NCBI GenBank assembly: GCA_000934665.2
Contig: KZ538283.1
Location: 1-64,000, forward strand
Length of the DNA: 64,000 nt
Direction of reading: 5' to 3'
Source: Catajapyx aquilonaris
Lineage: Eukaryota
The notes under the pieces are model-generated. The model saw nothing but the letters and a program-made list of their open reading frames with translations, was not told where the DNA came from and did no database searches. Below are positions 38,201 through 51,700 of the stretch, one piece after another. The translations under genes were made by a program, and so were the position numbers. Position 1 is the stretch's first letter. The number at the start of each line of letters is the position of its first letter.

Positions 38201-39628
38201 GCGAAACTGGGTTTCAATTTTTGTTGTTGTTGCTAGGTGCGCAACATTTCGATTGATTCAGGATGATCAGAAGATGGGAATGTATTGTGCTCTACAGTAA
38301 TCTGAAAGTTGGAGTCTGCTTCTAGCTAAATAATGCGAGACAAAAGGAAGGCCTGATTTACGCACAATAGAGGAGGCTTTCAACAATGGTTCCTAAAATG
38401 GTTGCTAATGAGATCGTATATATTCACCAAACAGGTGCGCGTAAATACGACTCAGGAGCAATCAAAATCGGTCGCAAAAGGAGTGACAGTAATTAAAAAG
38501 GGAATGTAGTAAAACCTCAACTCCGTTCATCTGTCCAAAGACTCCAAACAACATTTTTTTTTCCTTCTTCAGAAATCGCACACACACAAAAAGAAAATAA
38601 GAAGAAGCGGGGGAGGAATTGAATGCAGAGCAAAAGAGGGGCGGAGAAAAGAGGAGTTCTCCGCCATTTTAAGCATTGAATGAAATTCTCACTCTTTTCT
38701 GCAGTTAACTCCCTTTCATTTCCGCCTGGCACAAAGGCCCTGTTGCGAAGAAAGAAAACGGGATGCCCTTTCTTGAGAGGCGAGGACCCCCTCCAAAAAA
38801 AATGGGGGGGGGGGNGGGGGGGGAAGATGGCGGCAAGAAAAAAATTTAAAAGAAAAGGCAAAGTGCACAAGCATATTGGTTCGACCGACTGTAGGCAAAG
38901 TGCAGGAAGAATAGGGGGTCTAAGAAAGGACCTGGTGTCGTATGGATCTCCCCCCAAAACAGGGAGAGGAATTGGGTTACTTCAGTCCCCTTCCCAAGCT
39001 CAGGTGTGCCCCATGACCCATACAATCCCGGCCCCCTTGTTTACTATGACCATATATGGAAGCGAGTTCCTGAAAGAGACAAGCCCCCCAGGAAAAAAAA
39101 AAATTGGTAACAAAAACATGGCGCTGTACTAGCCTTGTTATTAAATTATTTCATTACACCCACCCTGAAATTGCATTATTGGCCGTAATTATGGCGGGTG
39201 TCGCGTGAATTGAATAGTGTTTAATTAAGCTGCAGAGCACTGATAATGTAATCCGCGTCGTGACTGCGAACTATCACTGCGGATAATAAGGCGGCCCCCG
39301 CAAAAATATAATCTCTGAATGGGGGATGGAGAAAAAAAATATATTTCCAGGCAACAATGCACAGGGTTGCCAACATATATATTCAGTCCCGCCATCTGAG
39401 TCAGCACAGAGCTACACCAAAGTGGCGGGAAAAGTTATTTTGATCGAAGAGGTGAATGACCATGGCGGCGTGGGGGGAGGGGCACCAACCCCCAGCGCTG
39501 GAAATACGCGCAGGGGCCCCTACCCAGGCCACTCACACTCCAAACTCTACGGGTAGGACCCCCCATCCCTATCCCCCCTACCCCTCCCATTCCGCCCCCC
39601 CTACCCACCAACAGCCAGCCATATTACC

Positions 39629-39672
39629 CCCAGCCAGCCAAGCCAGCCAGCCAAGCCAGCCAAGCCAAAGCC
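39629..39672. repeat. Compound (CCAG/CCAAG)n simple repeat
   Basis: cagccagccaagccagccagccaagccagccaagccaaagcc. Confidence 0.85.
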
Positions 39673-40096
39673 CCAGCCTACTATATCGATCCGTATCCGT
39701 CTGCTCTTGGCGGGGGCTTGGCGCCCTTTCTCAGAATCCTCCACCCAACCCACTCCCCCACCCACCCAAAAAAGAGAGGGGGGGCCAAACAAACTGGGTG
39801 CCCCCCCCCCCTCCACCTGCTGTATGTATGCTGGGATCTGCGACGTTTTCAGGGGTCAAAAACACTGGAAGGGGGGATATAGTATGACGCACGGTGGGTG
39901 ACGTCGTTGCAAATTGGTGAATGTAATATTGAAGCGGTCTCTCTGTGTTCCCTTCCTAGTTCGGAGATAAGGTTGGCACCCATGAGAAGTGATCTGTCTA
40001 TGTTAGAATATTTTAAAGGGCGGAAGCAATATTTCCTCCGACTATATAGTCTGGTCACCAGTGAGCTATAGCAAAGTATATAAAAATACTCTAAGC

Positions 40097-40226
40097 GTAT
40101 ATGAAACATATGAAATGTACTGTATATGAAACGTGTATGACACATGAACTGTACTGTGTATGAATCGTATGTGACATATGCTGGTACTGTTTTATGAAAC
40201 GTGTACGAAACGTGTATGAGACGTTA
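40097..40226. repeat. Degenerate minisatellite (tatgaaacgtg / tgtactgt units)
   Basis: Repeated tatgaaac, gtatga and gtactgt words over about 130 bp. Confidence 0.75.
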
Positions 40227-41287
40227 CCCAGATGCTCCAGCAGCTAGTACTAATGGAATGCTGATTTATTTTCAAACAAGTGTAATGATGACAGCCCAGT
40301 TTTTTAAAAGGGTCGTAATTCATGTGCGTGTGTGCGACATTAAATTCGAATCAGGCGGATCTCTTCCAGAGCAAAAATGGTAGGGTTCCACTATATGTTA
40401 TCGTAGAAGTAGAAGTAGAAAGAAAAAAATCTTTTCCGGAAGAGCGTCACGGTCGAAAAACAAGCACAGGAAAGAGGTTCCGCTACAATCCTTGAAAGGA
40501 AGATGGCATTTCCATGCGAAAAGACTCGAAAATCCTACGCAAAATGACCCCAACCGAGGTCACGAACTTCGTGTGCATTTTTCCATCACGGTGTGTGAGT
40601 GAACTCAGTGTGTGTGTATATATACGTACACCCGCTCTTTTTTTTACCTGTTAGCACTGACACATTGGACTTTTTTTTTCAGCAACCCGCTTTGATCCTG
40701 CCAAATCAGACATGTCCGTTAAAAAAAAACACAAGTGCAAAAGGCAGAAATGTGAATCGGCCCCGAGGCTAGTAGGGCGGACGTTTTTAAACCACTACCG
40801 GAGAATCCATTCATTCATTCAGTAAGCTTGTTTCCCCAATAATATCACAGTATCGGTTCTCCGATAGAAACCGCAACGGTTTCCAAACACAAAAGAGTGG
40901 CCATTTTTTTAAAGCATCATTATTTCAGGGGCAATAATCAAATTGAAAATGCGCCAAGGGGAAGAGGTGGGGGAAAAACCCAAGGTTTTTGGGGACTCTG
41001 GGATAAAGTTAGCGAGGGATATGTTGGACAGCTATGAGCGATGGGTTGGCTGGCGCATCTTATGGTGTCCATCTGTCCTCATCAACCCGGAGCCGGCTCC
41101 AATTTATTAAAGGGCACGCCTGGTTTTCTCTAGGGGAACCAATGTGTGCGCCATTCGGCACTTTCCCCAAAACCTTATTCCCCTCGACTCTCATTTTTCT
41201 ACTCACAACACCCCCCGCCATCCCCTAGTTTTTTGACGTTTTCATCGTCACACCGAGACTTTTGGCCCGAACTGGCCTCAGACTTAC

Positions 41288-41303
41288 CATTGCCAGGTGA
41301 CAT
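41288..41303 (-). CDS. Candidate initial coding segment (MSPGN+G) before a consensus donor
   Basis: ATG TCA CCT GGC AAT G|GTAAGT, with an in-frame TGA upstream of the ATG. Phase-compatible with the 29846 exon. Supported only by the splice signal and phase. Confidence 0.2.
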
Positions 41304-41849
41304 GGAGTTATTATGTGGATGTCAGGTCCTTTTAAGAGACTGGGTTATGTTTCTAACGTGATCGCTGATCGGAGGGATGCTGAGGTCTCCAGAGGTTGGG
41401 TTATGGGACTAAATGTTTCATCCTGGACAGGTCTGCAACTCTTGGGACCTCCCGGTGGATAGGTGAGGTGCATAGGTTGCAGAGATGTTTAGGATGAAAC
41501 TGTGCTGGGTGGCTAGAACTTTAAGTACAATGGTTACGGATTACACATACAGTACTGGGCGTATATTGCTTGCGGGAATCAACTGGATGATTACCAAAGT
41601 TTTAATGCATGCAAGGTCCTCCATAATATTACCAAAAGGTCAAAACGGGGTTTAGTTTAATTAGTTTTGCGATGCAGTCAATTTGGGAGTGTACTGTACA
41701 TAAGTGCAGCATCAAAGTGAGGCCATTTCGACAGACCAAGTGCGTCAGTGTGCGTATGAATAATGCATGTAAACTTCTCTGAAAATCAGCTGCGCATTAC
41801 CGCTGGGTATTTTGTGATGAGAATAAAAGTACTATCGTTCAAGCAGCTT

Positions 41850-42710
41850 TTCCACCCTGATGATTGGTCCTAGCAGCTTCCACCCTCACTTCCGCTTAAA
41901 TCTGGTCTAGACGCCTGCATGAATGTCAGCGACCCTCACAGCGTGTGTCGAACCCCGTAACTCTAATCCTCCATAAGCCTATTACCCAACTACTTCTAAT
42001 TGGCCGCCTGAAGTCAACGACTACTTATGAAAACTGCGTAACTCTCTTTCCAAGAGTTTCAGAAAGGGACACACACACACACACCTTCCATTTTGGTGCG
42101 GGCCTCTCATCCCCTTTTCTCTTTTCCTCAATTGTACCCTCTGTATTGGCGTCCCCGGAGTCGATCGACCCCTCCCGTGCTTGGGTCCATTCCCCCACCT
42201 CCACCACCCCAACGGCTGGTCTGCGCCGCCGACGTCGGGCGTCGAGACGCCCCAGAGCAGACGAGACGGCGTGGGGGGCTGCATCCAGGCAAGCAGCCAA
42301 AATCAAACCCCCCCAACCACCCAGCAGCAACCCCCCCCCCCCTAAAAACCTCCCCAGCTCTATTTTGTCTGGCCCACTTATGGATCATCATTCGCTACAG
42401 CACTATTTAGTTGGCTCTCCGTACTATTAGTTAGTGAATAGTACTAGTGGCGTGTCACGCGACGGTGGCGCCGATGCTGCATAGCAACTGCCGTGTGTGT
42501 TACGCCATTTTCTGCAAACGATCGATGTTCTTTCAGCGGGTGACCAGCATCTGCGCATTGCCGGCTTTTCCCAGCCCTCCCCCACCATTCTAGGGTTCTC
42601 AAAATGTGCAAGAATTGCCAGTGTTAGTAAACAAAAGCTGGGGAGGGAGGTGACGTAACATGGACAGGGGTGAAGGAAGCAGGAGCCACGCCCAAGATGG
42701 ACGCCTTTCT
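41850..42710. promoter_or_regulatory. Promoter-like, locally CpG-rich region
   Basis: TGATTGG (CCAAT box) at about 41861, CACTTCCG (ETS) at about 41887, a CpG-dense stretch at 42150-42275, GTGACGTAA (CRE-like) at about 42650, and GCCACGCCC (Sp/KLF) next to AAGATGG (YY1-like) at about 42684-42700. Confidence 0.3.
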
Positions 42711-45700
42711 TCAGTTCATGGGCCTGATATTATAACATTGCTAAAAAAATAATATTGTTAACTGGCGGTTCAATCCTTTTAAGGGTTGATTGAGGAGTGT
42801 AGGGCCGAACCGGACAGGGCCTGCCAAGTGAGGTCAGCTCCGGAATAAATGGAGGATGTGGCAGGGGCCGGAAGAAGGCGGGATGGTCAGCATAATATCA
42901 AGCAGTGGGTCGGGTCAGCCCCTGGTTACCATTACAGCAGCTGCAGCCCCCCCAACATTGCACCTTCAATTATTTACCCACGCCATTAGCGAAATTATTC
43001 CCCAGAGACGGTTCTTTTAAATTCAATTGTGCGCTTATAGACATTATTCAGCAGAAGGCTGCGCAATGTTGGCTGCAGGAAACTGTTGACCATACGGATT
43101 ACTCCCGCCTTTGCCGTCATAAATCATAGGGTAATGATCAAGATTTCGGAATTAACGGGCTTAAATGCGGCAATTAAAGCCCACGAGGAAAGAAATTAAT
43201 TGTTTCATAAACGTCTGGATACGAAAACGGCAAGAGAAAGGACTTCCGACCCATATTACGCATATAATGTACTTACACGAAGGCTCGACAAAAGGACCGG
43301 ATCGTTTTCGGCATATATTTTTGAGCCAGTTTGCCTTATGGGTCACACGATAATAGCTCAATTCCCAAGTTTTAACTGTTTCCAAGCACGGACATGCCCA
43401 TTCTGATCCGAAGAAAAGACGATGACAAAAATGAAGATACGTATCCAAGCGGTATGTGGCCACTGACCTTCCCCCCCCTTTCATCATGTGGAGCATACTG
43501 TTTTTAATGGGTTTCCGAGCCAGGTAATTGCACAATCATACACGCCACATCGTACTGGTTTGTGATTCGGCCACCCAGAAAACGCTGATCAAACCGCTTG
43601 ATTCTTGTCTCAAAAAGAGTCATGGCCAGCAGAATCCTTCAGGGTATAATATAAAAAAAGAAGTCTGTGGCTGACCAAAAAGATGTATCTGACCACCGGC
43701 TTAAAAATTATACTAGGGCAGGCCAGAATCATGCAACTTCTTTTTTCTTCTTACATGGAGAATGGGGGTGGGCTCTTCCTGTCCTGCGACCGGTTTCAGC
43801 CGAAACAGCTATTGAAGGGCCATTTGGTGCATCCGGTCTGGAATCCCGATCAGTCTTCTTTTTCTTTTCGGTTCTTGCCTTCCTTTTGCTTCGGGCGAGG
43901 CCATGCCCTCAAAACATTTCAGTTTTTTTTCTCTCTCTCTCTGACCCTAAAACTGTCCCGGACAGTCAATGCGCCGAATGCGGACTTGTTTGTTTTCTCT
44001 TCCAGCATTGCAGACAGCTAAGCAGGCTCTAATGAGGAATAAAGACCGAGGCTTCTAAGCCGGTTTCAGTCGAGGGAAGAAAAGACCCAGACATTCCAAT
44101 TCCTGCCTTTGGCACTAATAGCACACACACACACGCACAAAAAAAAGATCCGGGCCGAATAATTATACCTGCAACAAGATTATACACAGCCAAGTTGCGC
44201 TTTTTAAATCTAGGGAGGGGAAGCTTTAATGAACAATTTTTATTGAAACGGCTGCAAAATGGAACGAATAATCAATGGCAATGGAGGGGGAGGTAAACCA
44301 CAGGGAGAATAAGAGCATATTTATGTAACGAGTAGATAATAAGCCTCCGATACGATTTTGGTCGGGTGTGTTCAGCATCCCTTTTCCCCCCCATCCTACC
44401 CCTTTTTTGAGGGGGGGCATCTCGAGGGGATTTCCCGTAATCAAGTTTGACACTAACGCAATTAGCGCAGGATGAAGCGGGACAATGCAAGGAAAAGGGG
44501 GAGGTTGTGTTGAAAATTTCGGGCTCTTTTTTTTTTCTTTCTCGTTTCCTAAGACTACTTCAGCAATGAACTTGTTTTGGCACGAATTCGCAAACTGGAG
44601 GGACAATCGGTGGGAAGTCTCGTGCCCCGTTCTGGTTGCCTGCCACAGAACAAAAGGTTTGTTGCAGACATCAGAAGAGGAGGATGGGTCCTCTCTTCTT
44701 TCTGGTCTCATTCGGAATTGAGGGGGCGGCCACTGCCAAAAACTCTGTGCACTAGCAACCTCCCCTAGCAATACAATAAAACAGGAAGAGACACGACGTC
44801 TGATAATGGACGCCCTCCAGCAGCAGCAGCATCCCCCCCGGTTTCTGTGTCCTTCTTTTTCCTTCGTGTGTCCCCGGTCCTTTTGTTTCCGACATCTGTT
44901 CCGTGTACGTTGGCTTCCAAACACCCATGGGATTTGTTTCTGCACTCGATTATTTCATATCCGGGGACTTTCGGAGCCAAAGTTACGGATCAACGGCTGG
45001 GGGGGTTGGTGACTCAGCTTTTGGTGACATCTGTTACTGCGACTCTTAATCGGACCGCAATGTTCGAAAGAGGGATCGAAGGGAGTGACATATGCTCCAA
45101 TGGACTAGCATATTTTGGGATTGGAAGTGTCCTTAATTGTCCCGGTTGAATGAACAGTTGCGTGTTATTACAGTTACCTGCATAGGAAGAGGCTTCAAAA
45201 TATTGTTTGTAAACATAAGGGGTGACCCATTTTTACGGTTTTCCCAGACTTTTTTTTCAGACCAAAATCCCTTACAGTACTCAACAAGCGGCCCAAACTA
45301 ATATTAGAATTATTTAGCAAAAATAGAGCAGCTCGAGGCTGTAAACTTCTGAGCACTTATTATGTTTTGTAAAGTTGATAAATCTGATGCGTCTTTTTGT
45401 CTTTCTTTTTTTTCCGCAGTCATTTTTCCTATGTATATGTGCTCAGATGGCAGAAGGGACTAACTTTTTTCCCCCCAGATATGGATCAGCCGGAAGATTG
45501 GGTAATTATGCCCGTAAAATGATAAACGTGACGGAAGCGCATAATTTTCCGGGGGGGGGGGGGGGGAGNTTTCCGGGGGGGGGGGGCAGAAAAACTCACA
45601 ACTTCCTGTGAGCAATGACGATTCTTCTGCTCTGAGAGAACAATTATTCTGGCCGAAAATTTCTTCTTAAAAAAAGAAATTCATTACAAATCTCTGCATT

Positions 45701-48700
45701 TCCCCCCCTACACAGTTGTTATTTTTCAATGCACATGTATGAGACGGCAAAAATGATACATTGCCCTCGTTAGCACGTCATCGACATTGATTCAGAGTCC
45801 GTGTGCATGCGAGCAATTGTAACCATACAATTAGCCGTCGCCGGCTTATCCGCACAGGTAGAAGGTGGAGCACACCTTGTACGTTATGTTTGCAGTAAGG
45901 GGAAACCAAAATGATCCCATCGGAGTCCATTCACCTTGATGAATCAACCCCCGCTTCAATATCAAAAAGCTTGGCTGGCAGGGAGAGGGGAGAGTGTTAG
46001 GCATGTCCCAGACCTTGGGGTTTGATATCATCAGTTTCGTTGACCCCCTTTACGTGCTGTTTGTTATGACGGGGGGGAACTCTCCCCACTGGAGAGTTAT
46101 GCAGTTGAAAACAGTATGCTCGTGTCTGCCTCTTTAAAAAAAATTGCAACCTGCTGGATCCATAAATAGTCAGCGGATTCAGGCTTTAAATGACAATAGG
46201 GGACCACACGATCTGGAGGTTCAAGAGCAGCACCCTAAACCCCTTTGATTCAGTGGCCGATATATTAAAAGAGGGAGGGGGGGGGACATGAGTCACTTGG
46301 TCTTCCCCCATTCCCCCCCAGCACCTTGCTCCCTAAAATTCATTCTGCGAGTCTGTCGGGGAAATGTGCCCCAAAGGACGCTGCCCTAAAATGATCTAGA
46401 TATATCACTGGGCATAGTCCACACAGTCCAACAATAGACAGTGAGTAGCCCCTGAAGCTTCTTCCACGGTCATATGATTTCTACCATGGGGAGGGGGGGG
46501 GGGTCGCCTAGTGGAAACAAACCAGATTCAAATATGCATAAAAACGGCGTGCGAACATCTGCTTGCATCACGACCTACGCCAAAAACCGCCGATCCGTGA
46601 TAACTCACATGCTTCATATTTCGGTAGCCGAGATAAATACACGCCTTGTGTTCGATCTAAGCACTGTTATTTCGCAGATGCAGTTGGCCAGCTCTCAAAA
46701 ATTGGTGTTCTGCCTGAATGCTTCAAACAGAAACAATGTCTCACATTTTAAGAAGAGGTCATCCCCCCCATTCCCCCTCCTTTCCATCAGACCAATTCAA
46801 CCATCAGTCTCGTCCTTACATGCACGACTGACGCCGCTTCGGTGTCTTTCAGCTCTTCTGGGGCGCCTCTCAAGACAAGGAAAAGAATAAATACACCCCT
46901 CCCTTCAAGGAAGAAAAAAATGGTCCGGACAGCATCTGGTAGGCAGATCAAGCCTCTTCCTACGGGTGTTGCATTGAAGAAACCAAAGGGAGAGGCCCTC
47001 CCCAAAAAAATGAGATAAGGCGTGGGCCAAAGTGGATTGAGGGGCCCGCACATCTCGAGATGGGATTAGCGGTCACTTTGGTACATGCTTTTTTTTTTTT
47101 TTTTTAAAAATGGAAGGAAAAAGGAATGCTCTGTTGGTTCGGAAGTAAAGAGGTAAGTTGGGGGGGGGGGGCTGGAAGTACAGGGCGCGTGGACTTCCAC
47201 TTTTTTGTGTGTGTGTCCCCCTTTTGCGACCCTCCCTCTTCACACAACCTCTTTCAGACTTCCACCCAGATAAGCAAACCCCGCATTTAGGATTCCTCTT
47301 TTCAGGCTAGTGGGTTGGCTCCACAAGACGGTATTTTTAGGAGGGGGGTGGAACGTGCCCTGGAAGTCTGGAAGGAGCCATCTTAGAAAATAGTCTCCCC
47401 GGAAAAAATTAGTGTCACCTCTGGTTGGTTGTCCGGCTCGAAAAAGATCTGAATAAATCTATCGGACTGCATGAATAAGACATCATGTCCTTTCATCTGT
47501 CCGAGTCTTTTCTGTGAGGACACAGGATTTGATATCCATCAGCAGGACAGGGGGCTGTTTTTTTAAATAAAAATAAAACGGGGCTAATATAGTATGCGAA
47601 TTAATATTATTAAGCGACGTGTGTCTGAAGAGCAGGGGCAATTAATGTCACGAATTAGTGTCAGAGCTGATGGCCATGTGGAACCGACATGATGATTCAC
47701 ACTTCTCCATTTCCCCAGTCGAATTATGATAATGCGCGAAATCGCCTCGGATCCAGATTTTTCCAGGAGACAAAAAAAAAGATAGAAGTGAGGTGGATGG
47801 GTAGGGGGGGGGGATGCTATTTTTCCTCCTTCTCTTTCGACTTGCAGAGACGAAGAGGAGACTTGATCCGCGTATCCATCCCCCCACAAACTGCACAACC
47901 TTTTGAAATTCCAATGAAATCCTCCCTTTTTCGGACTGAGAGTAGCCACTCAAATCCCATCACAAAGAACGAGCGTCTTCCATTTATACTGCCGAGAATG
48001 ACCAGAAACACCACTCGTAGCTTTGATCTCCACTAGACCATTTCTCTCCCACACATTTCCCCTCTTCACCACACATGTACTGTATACATATATAACACAC
48101 CCTCACACTTTCTCCGTAGTTTCAGCGGTCCCCTTTTTGGGTGGTTCTTGGGGACATAATTGGTGGGCCCCACTATTCTCTACTGGGTCTGAAAACAGGT
48201 AATGCATCCACCCTTCTGCAGCCTTGGGTATTGTGTCCCATGGAAGAGCGTGGGATCCTGAGAGCAAGCCCGGATTTGGGTTCTCAGAGGCTGGAAGGAG
48301 TGTGTAGGTATATATATACCTGAACTTATGTATAATATAGGCACCACTTTCTTGCCCAAAGGTGGCCTCGAGCAAACTGAAGAGGGGGGTTAAAACCAGC
48401 TTGCACCTTCTAAACTGAGAAGAATGGAAGTGGAGGTTGTACTCATAAAGAGGCACTTTCGAGTAGGGTTGTTTTGGAGAGGACTGTTTATAGCCAGGCG
48501 AAAATCAGGAACTTTGTTACAGTAGAGCCCAACTTGTGCTTTTGTTTGTTGCAGGCTTACATGGTCAGGTGTCCAATTATTACTACCCAACAATGCTTTC
48601 CGTGCTCTCGAAATCGACAGCACCGAGCTTAAATTTACAAAAAAAAAGGTAATCGCAAAGCACGTACTGGACAATTCCCTGGTGTCAAAATCTCACGTAT

Positions 48701-51700
48701 CTTTTTGGCATATCCGGGGCCGCACATAACCCTCGTCTCTTTCATTACGTGCTGGGGGGTAGGAGGCAGCAGCAATATAAAAGATAACATGGAAACGACG
48801 AGTTTTTGTGCGCACATGGTGCATCATATCGTCAAAATGTGCTGGTAATTGAATGCTAAGTGCGTTGCGCATCCACCCTGCAATTTTCCCTCCATTCCCA
48901 CAACGTGTTGCAAAGTAGTAGGCCCCATAGTTGCATATGGCTTGTGGAGGTTTTTTTTTTTGGGAGGACCAAAAGTGTGAATCCAGCAGCAGCCAGCATC
49001 AAAGCTCAGCAGAAGAGCATTGCGCCCATGAAAGATAATGTGCATTATTTACAAGGCGGGTTTCAAGCATTCGGACCAAAATGGGCGGGGATTAATTATT
49101 CGGGAGGAACGCCTCTTGTGTTCATTGCATCGTGTCCCTCCATGAAAGTTTTAAAGCTGGTTTTTGGGAGGTTGGGTGAGGGAGAATTTCCCTCCAAAAA
49201 CGGTCGAAAACGGCTCACTCAGCATGGACACGTAACAACAAAGGGTGTGTTGCTCTCGTCCAATTGCGGCGCAACCACTTCATTTAAATTGTTTTTTATA
49301 CTAATTAAACTATCGCACGTGTCGGTCTTGTTTACGTGGTTTAATAATAATAATTAGAGCGGACATTTTGCAAGAAGATTGTTAGGTAAGCTGTATACAC
49401 ATCGTTCAATAGTAGCTGTCAACTTTATATCCATTACAGTAATTCTATAAAAATTATTTTGAGCAGCTTTATGATATGTATATTATATTTATCCACTTGC
49501 AATAGTAATAAAATTCGACTGACTTCAATTCAATTCAGCTTCAACTTAAATTCAAACAAAACAAATCGATTCGCAAATTCTTCTGTCGATCTGATTTTTG
49601 TTTCATATAATCGACGAAAGCATCGCCGTCACAATCACGTCAGTAAAATGCAGCATTTTGCTCAAAAAAATTGGATGCAGAAATATTTGTCAGATTAATA
49701 TAATTTAGCCGATTAATTAAATTACACTTGCCCTTTCAGGACCTGCCGATGAAGCACCCGATACAGTTCAATAATGATGGGCAGGTGGTGCTGCGCAAAT
49801 AAGCTTTTGACAATATTATGGCAGTTTATTTTGTTATGCACGCCATGCAGGCCTGTAATTACCAACAGTGTTGCGCCTGTATGTGGTGTATTTATTGAAT
49901 AAAAATTATATACGTTCCATCCAGTGCACTTTCACATGTTGACTATCTACCACATGTTCATGAAGCAACGTACGTAGCATGTAGGAATAAACTAGGGAAA
50001 TGCAGCCTATCAATGCTATTAAGTGACACACAGGTCTGATATAAATAGGCTACCCTAAATGCACTTGATATTTTATTTTTGCAACTAAAGCTAGAATTTG
50101 TGACCAAAGAGTGACACTCAGGGGTCTAATATTTTAAACAAATTTTTAAAATCATGTTAATTTCAAGAGCTCTAAATGTGATAATACCTACCCCCAGTGT
50201 TACGTAAGTTACAACAAACTTGCTCCCAAATTATGGGCTAATTTTATTGGCCCGACTCCCTATCAAATGTTTCAGTTTAAATGCAAATAAAACGACCCAC
50301 AATGTAACCTTTTTTTTTATGGGGCTTAGTTCCACCTGAGTCCAAACTGTGTTCAAACCCCCTCCTTCCCCCAGTGGCACTTGCTAGGTTTCAGCCAGAG
50401 AGACGGTCGTTCCTTTCCCTGCAATTTCCCTCCCAGCCAAATGTGACATGGCTATTGGGGGGGGGGGGGGGNGGGGGGGGGGGGGAGGCTTGCACACTCG
50501 CAAACTGCACTCCCCAAGATCTTGCCCCAAAGAAATCTAAATCCCGCTTCCAGATTTTTCTAGCGCAGCTTTCAAAGTTGAACTTAGTGCTTTGCAGTAG
50601 GCCCTGGGCGGCTATAGCTAAGACTTGAAATCGAAGCCAAGGTACCCTGGAGGATCAGGTAGCAACCGAGAGAAGGGGGGGAGGGGGAGAAAATAAGTTC
50701 CTCGTGCAAAAAGATTCCGTTTTCCCCCCCTCTCGACCGGCTTGCTCTTAATTGGAGGACTTGCAGTGCAATAATTTATTGATATTCAATCAGGAGAGAC
50801 ACTGTTTCACAAGAACCCCTGGTGGGACGGGGCACACGTGGGGTCGCATAAGAACTGCTCCTTCAAGAAGAAAAAAAAGGAGGATGGCCCTCCCACTATC
50901 TATATCGACAGCTGAACCAACTTTTTTGGGAGGGAAGTCTTTGAGAAAAAGATAAGAATCGATATTTCTCGGCAGTCGCATGTTTAGAAGGCCATCATTT
51001 CCCCCGGCTGACTTCCCAAGCATCGCAGCCACGGGATACCTTCCGGACAAACTCCATGGAGAAGAAGGAGGGGGAGAGACGCCTTTTCCACTTCAAGTGA
51101 CCAAAATGTCCACCAAGTTGAGTTATAAAATGCCAACTGCGGGCTCTAGAAGAGGCAACAAGCTGTTTGCCTAGCTCTCGAGGTGATTGGAGAAGGAGGA
51201 GGGGGGGAAAGGATGATGATACGATTGGACCCGCTGAAAGGAAAACGAGGGATGGAGCAAGAAGAGGTAAATTCTACAGCAAAATCCTTCAGGGAAGAGC
51301 CTTGCATACTGTGAAAAGGAGAATTTCAGAGAGGGGGCCATATCGCCTTCTTTTGGGAAGGGGGAAATCACCTGGAGAGATGTTCCAGTTCAAAGGGAAA
51401 TGTACAAGCAAATATTGCAGTATTAATGGTCTTGCTTTGCAGTCGGCACTGTAGGACATACCTCGCTCTCTTAAGGTGCTCAAAAAAGTTAAAGGATTGC
51501 CTTCATATACTCTTAATTTCTGAGACAAGGAAGCCAACCGGTGTACAGTGCACGTCTAGCCTCATTAAACAGCGTCGCAGACAGTCCCGGTAGAATTAGC
51601 ACCATGAAATCAAGGAAATGAGAGGAAATGTTGGGCATGTCTATCACTTTTACCAAGACTTTTACTTGTTTTTTTTGTAGGTCTATAACTATTTTTTTTC

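Noticed and set aside
44226..44945. Longest ORF (239 aa, minus strand)
   Set aside because: Runs through homopolymers and a CAG repeat, has no recognisable domain, and its composition is typical of a chance ORF.
51597..51616. miR-29/285-like TAGCACCATGAAATCA
   Set aside because: Two-nt gap versus the mature sequence and no complementary arm upstream.
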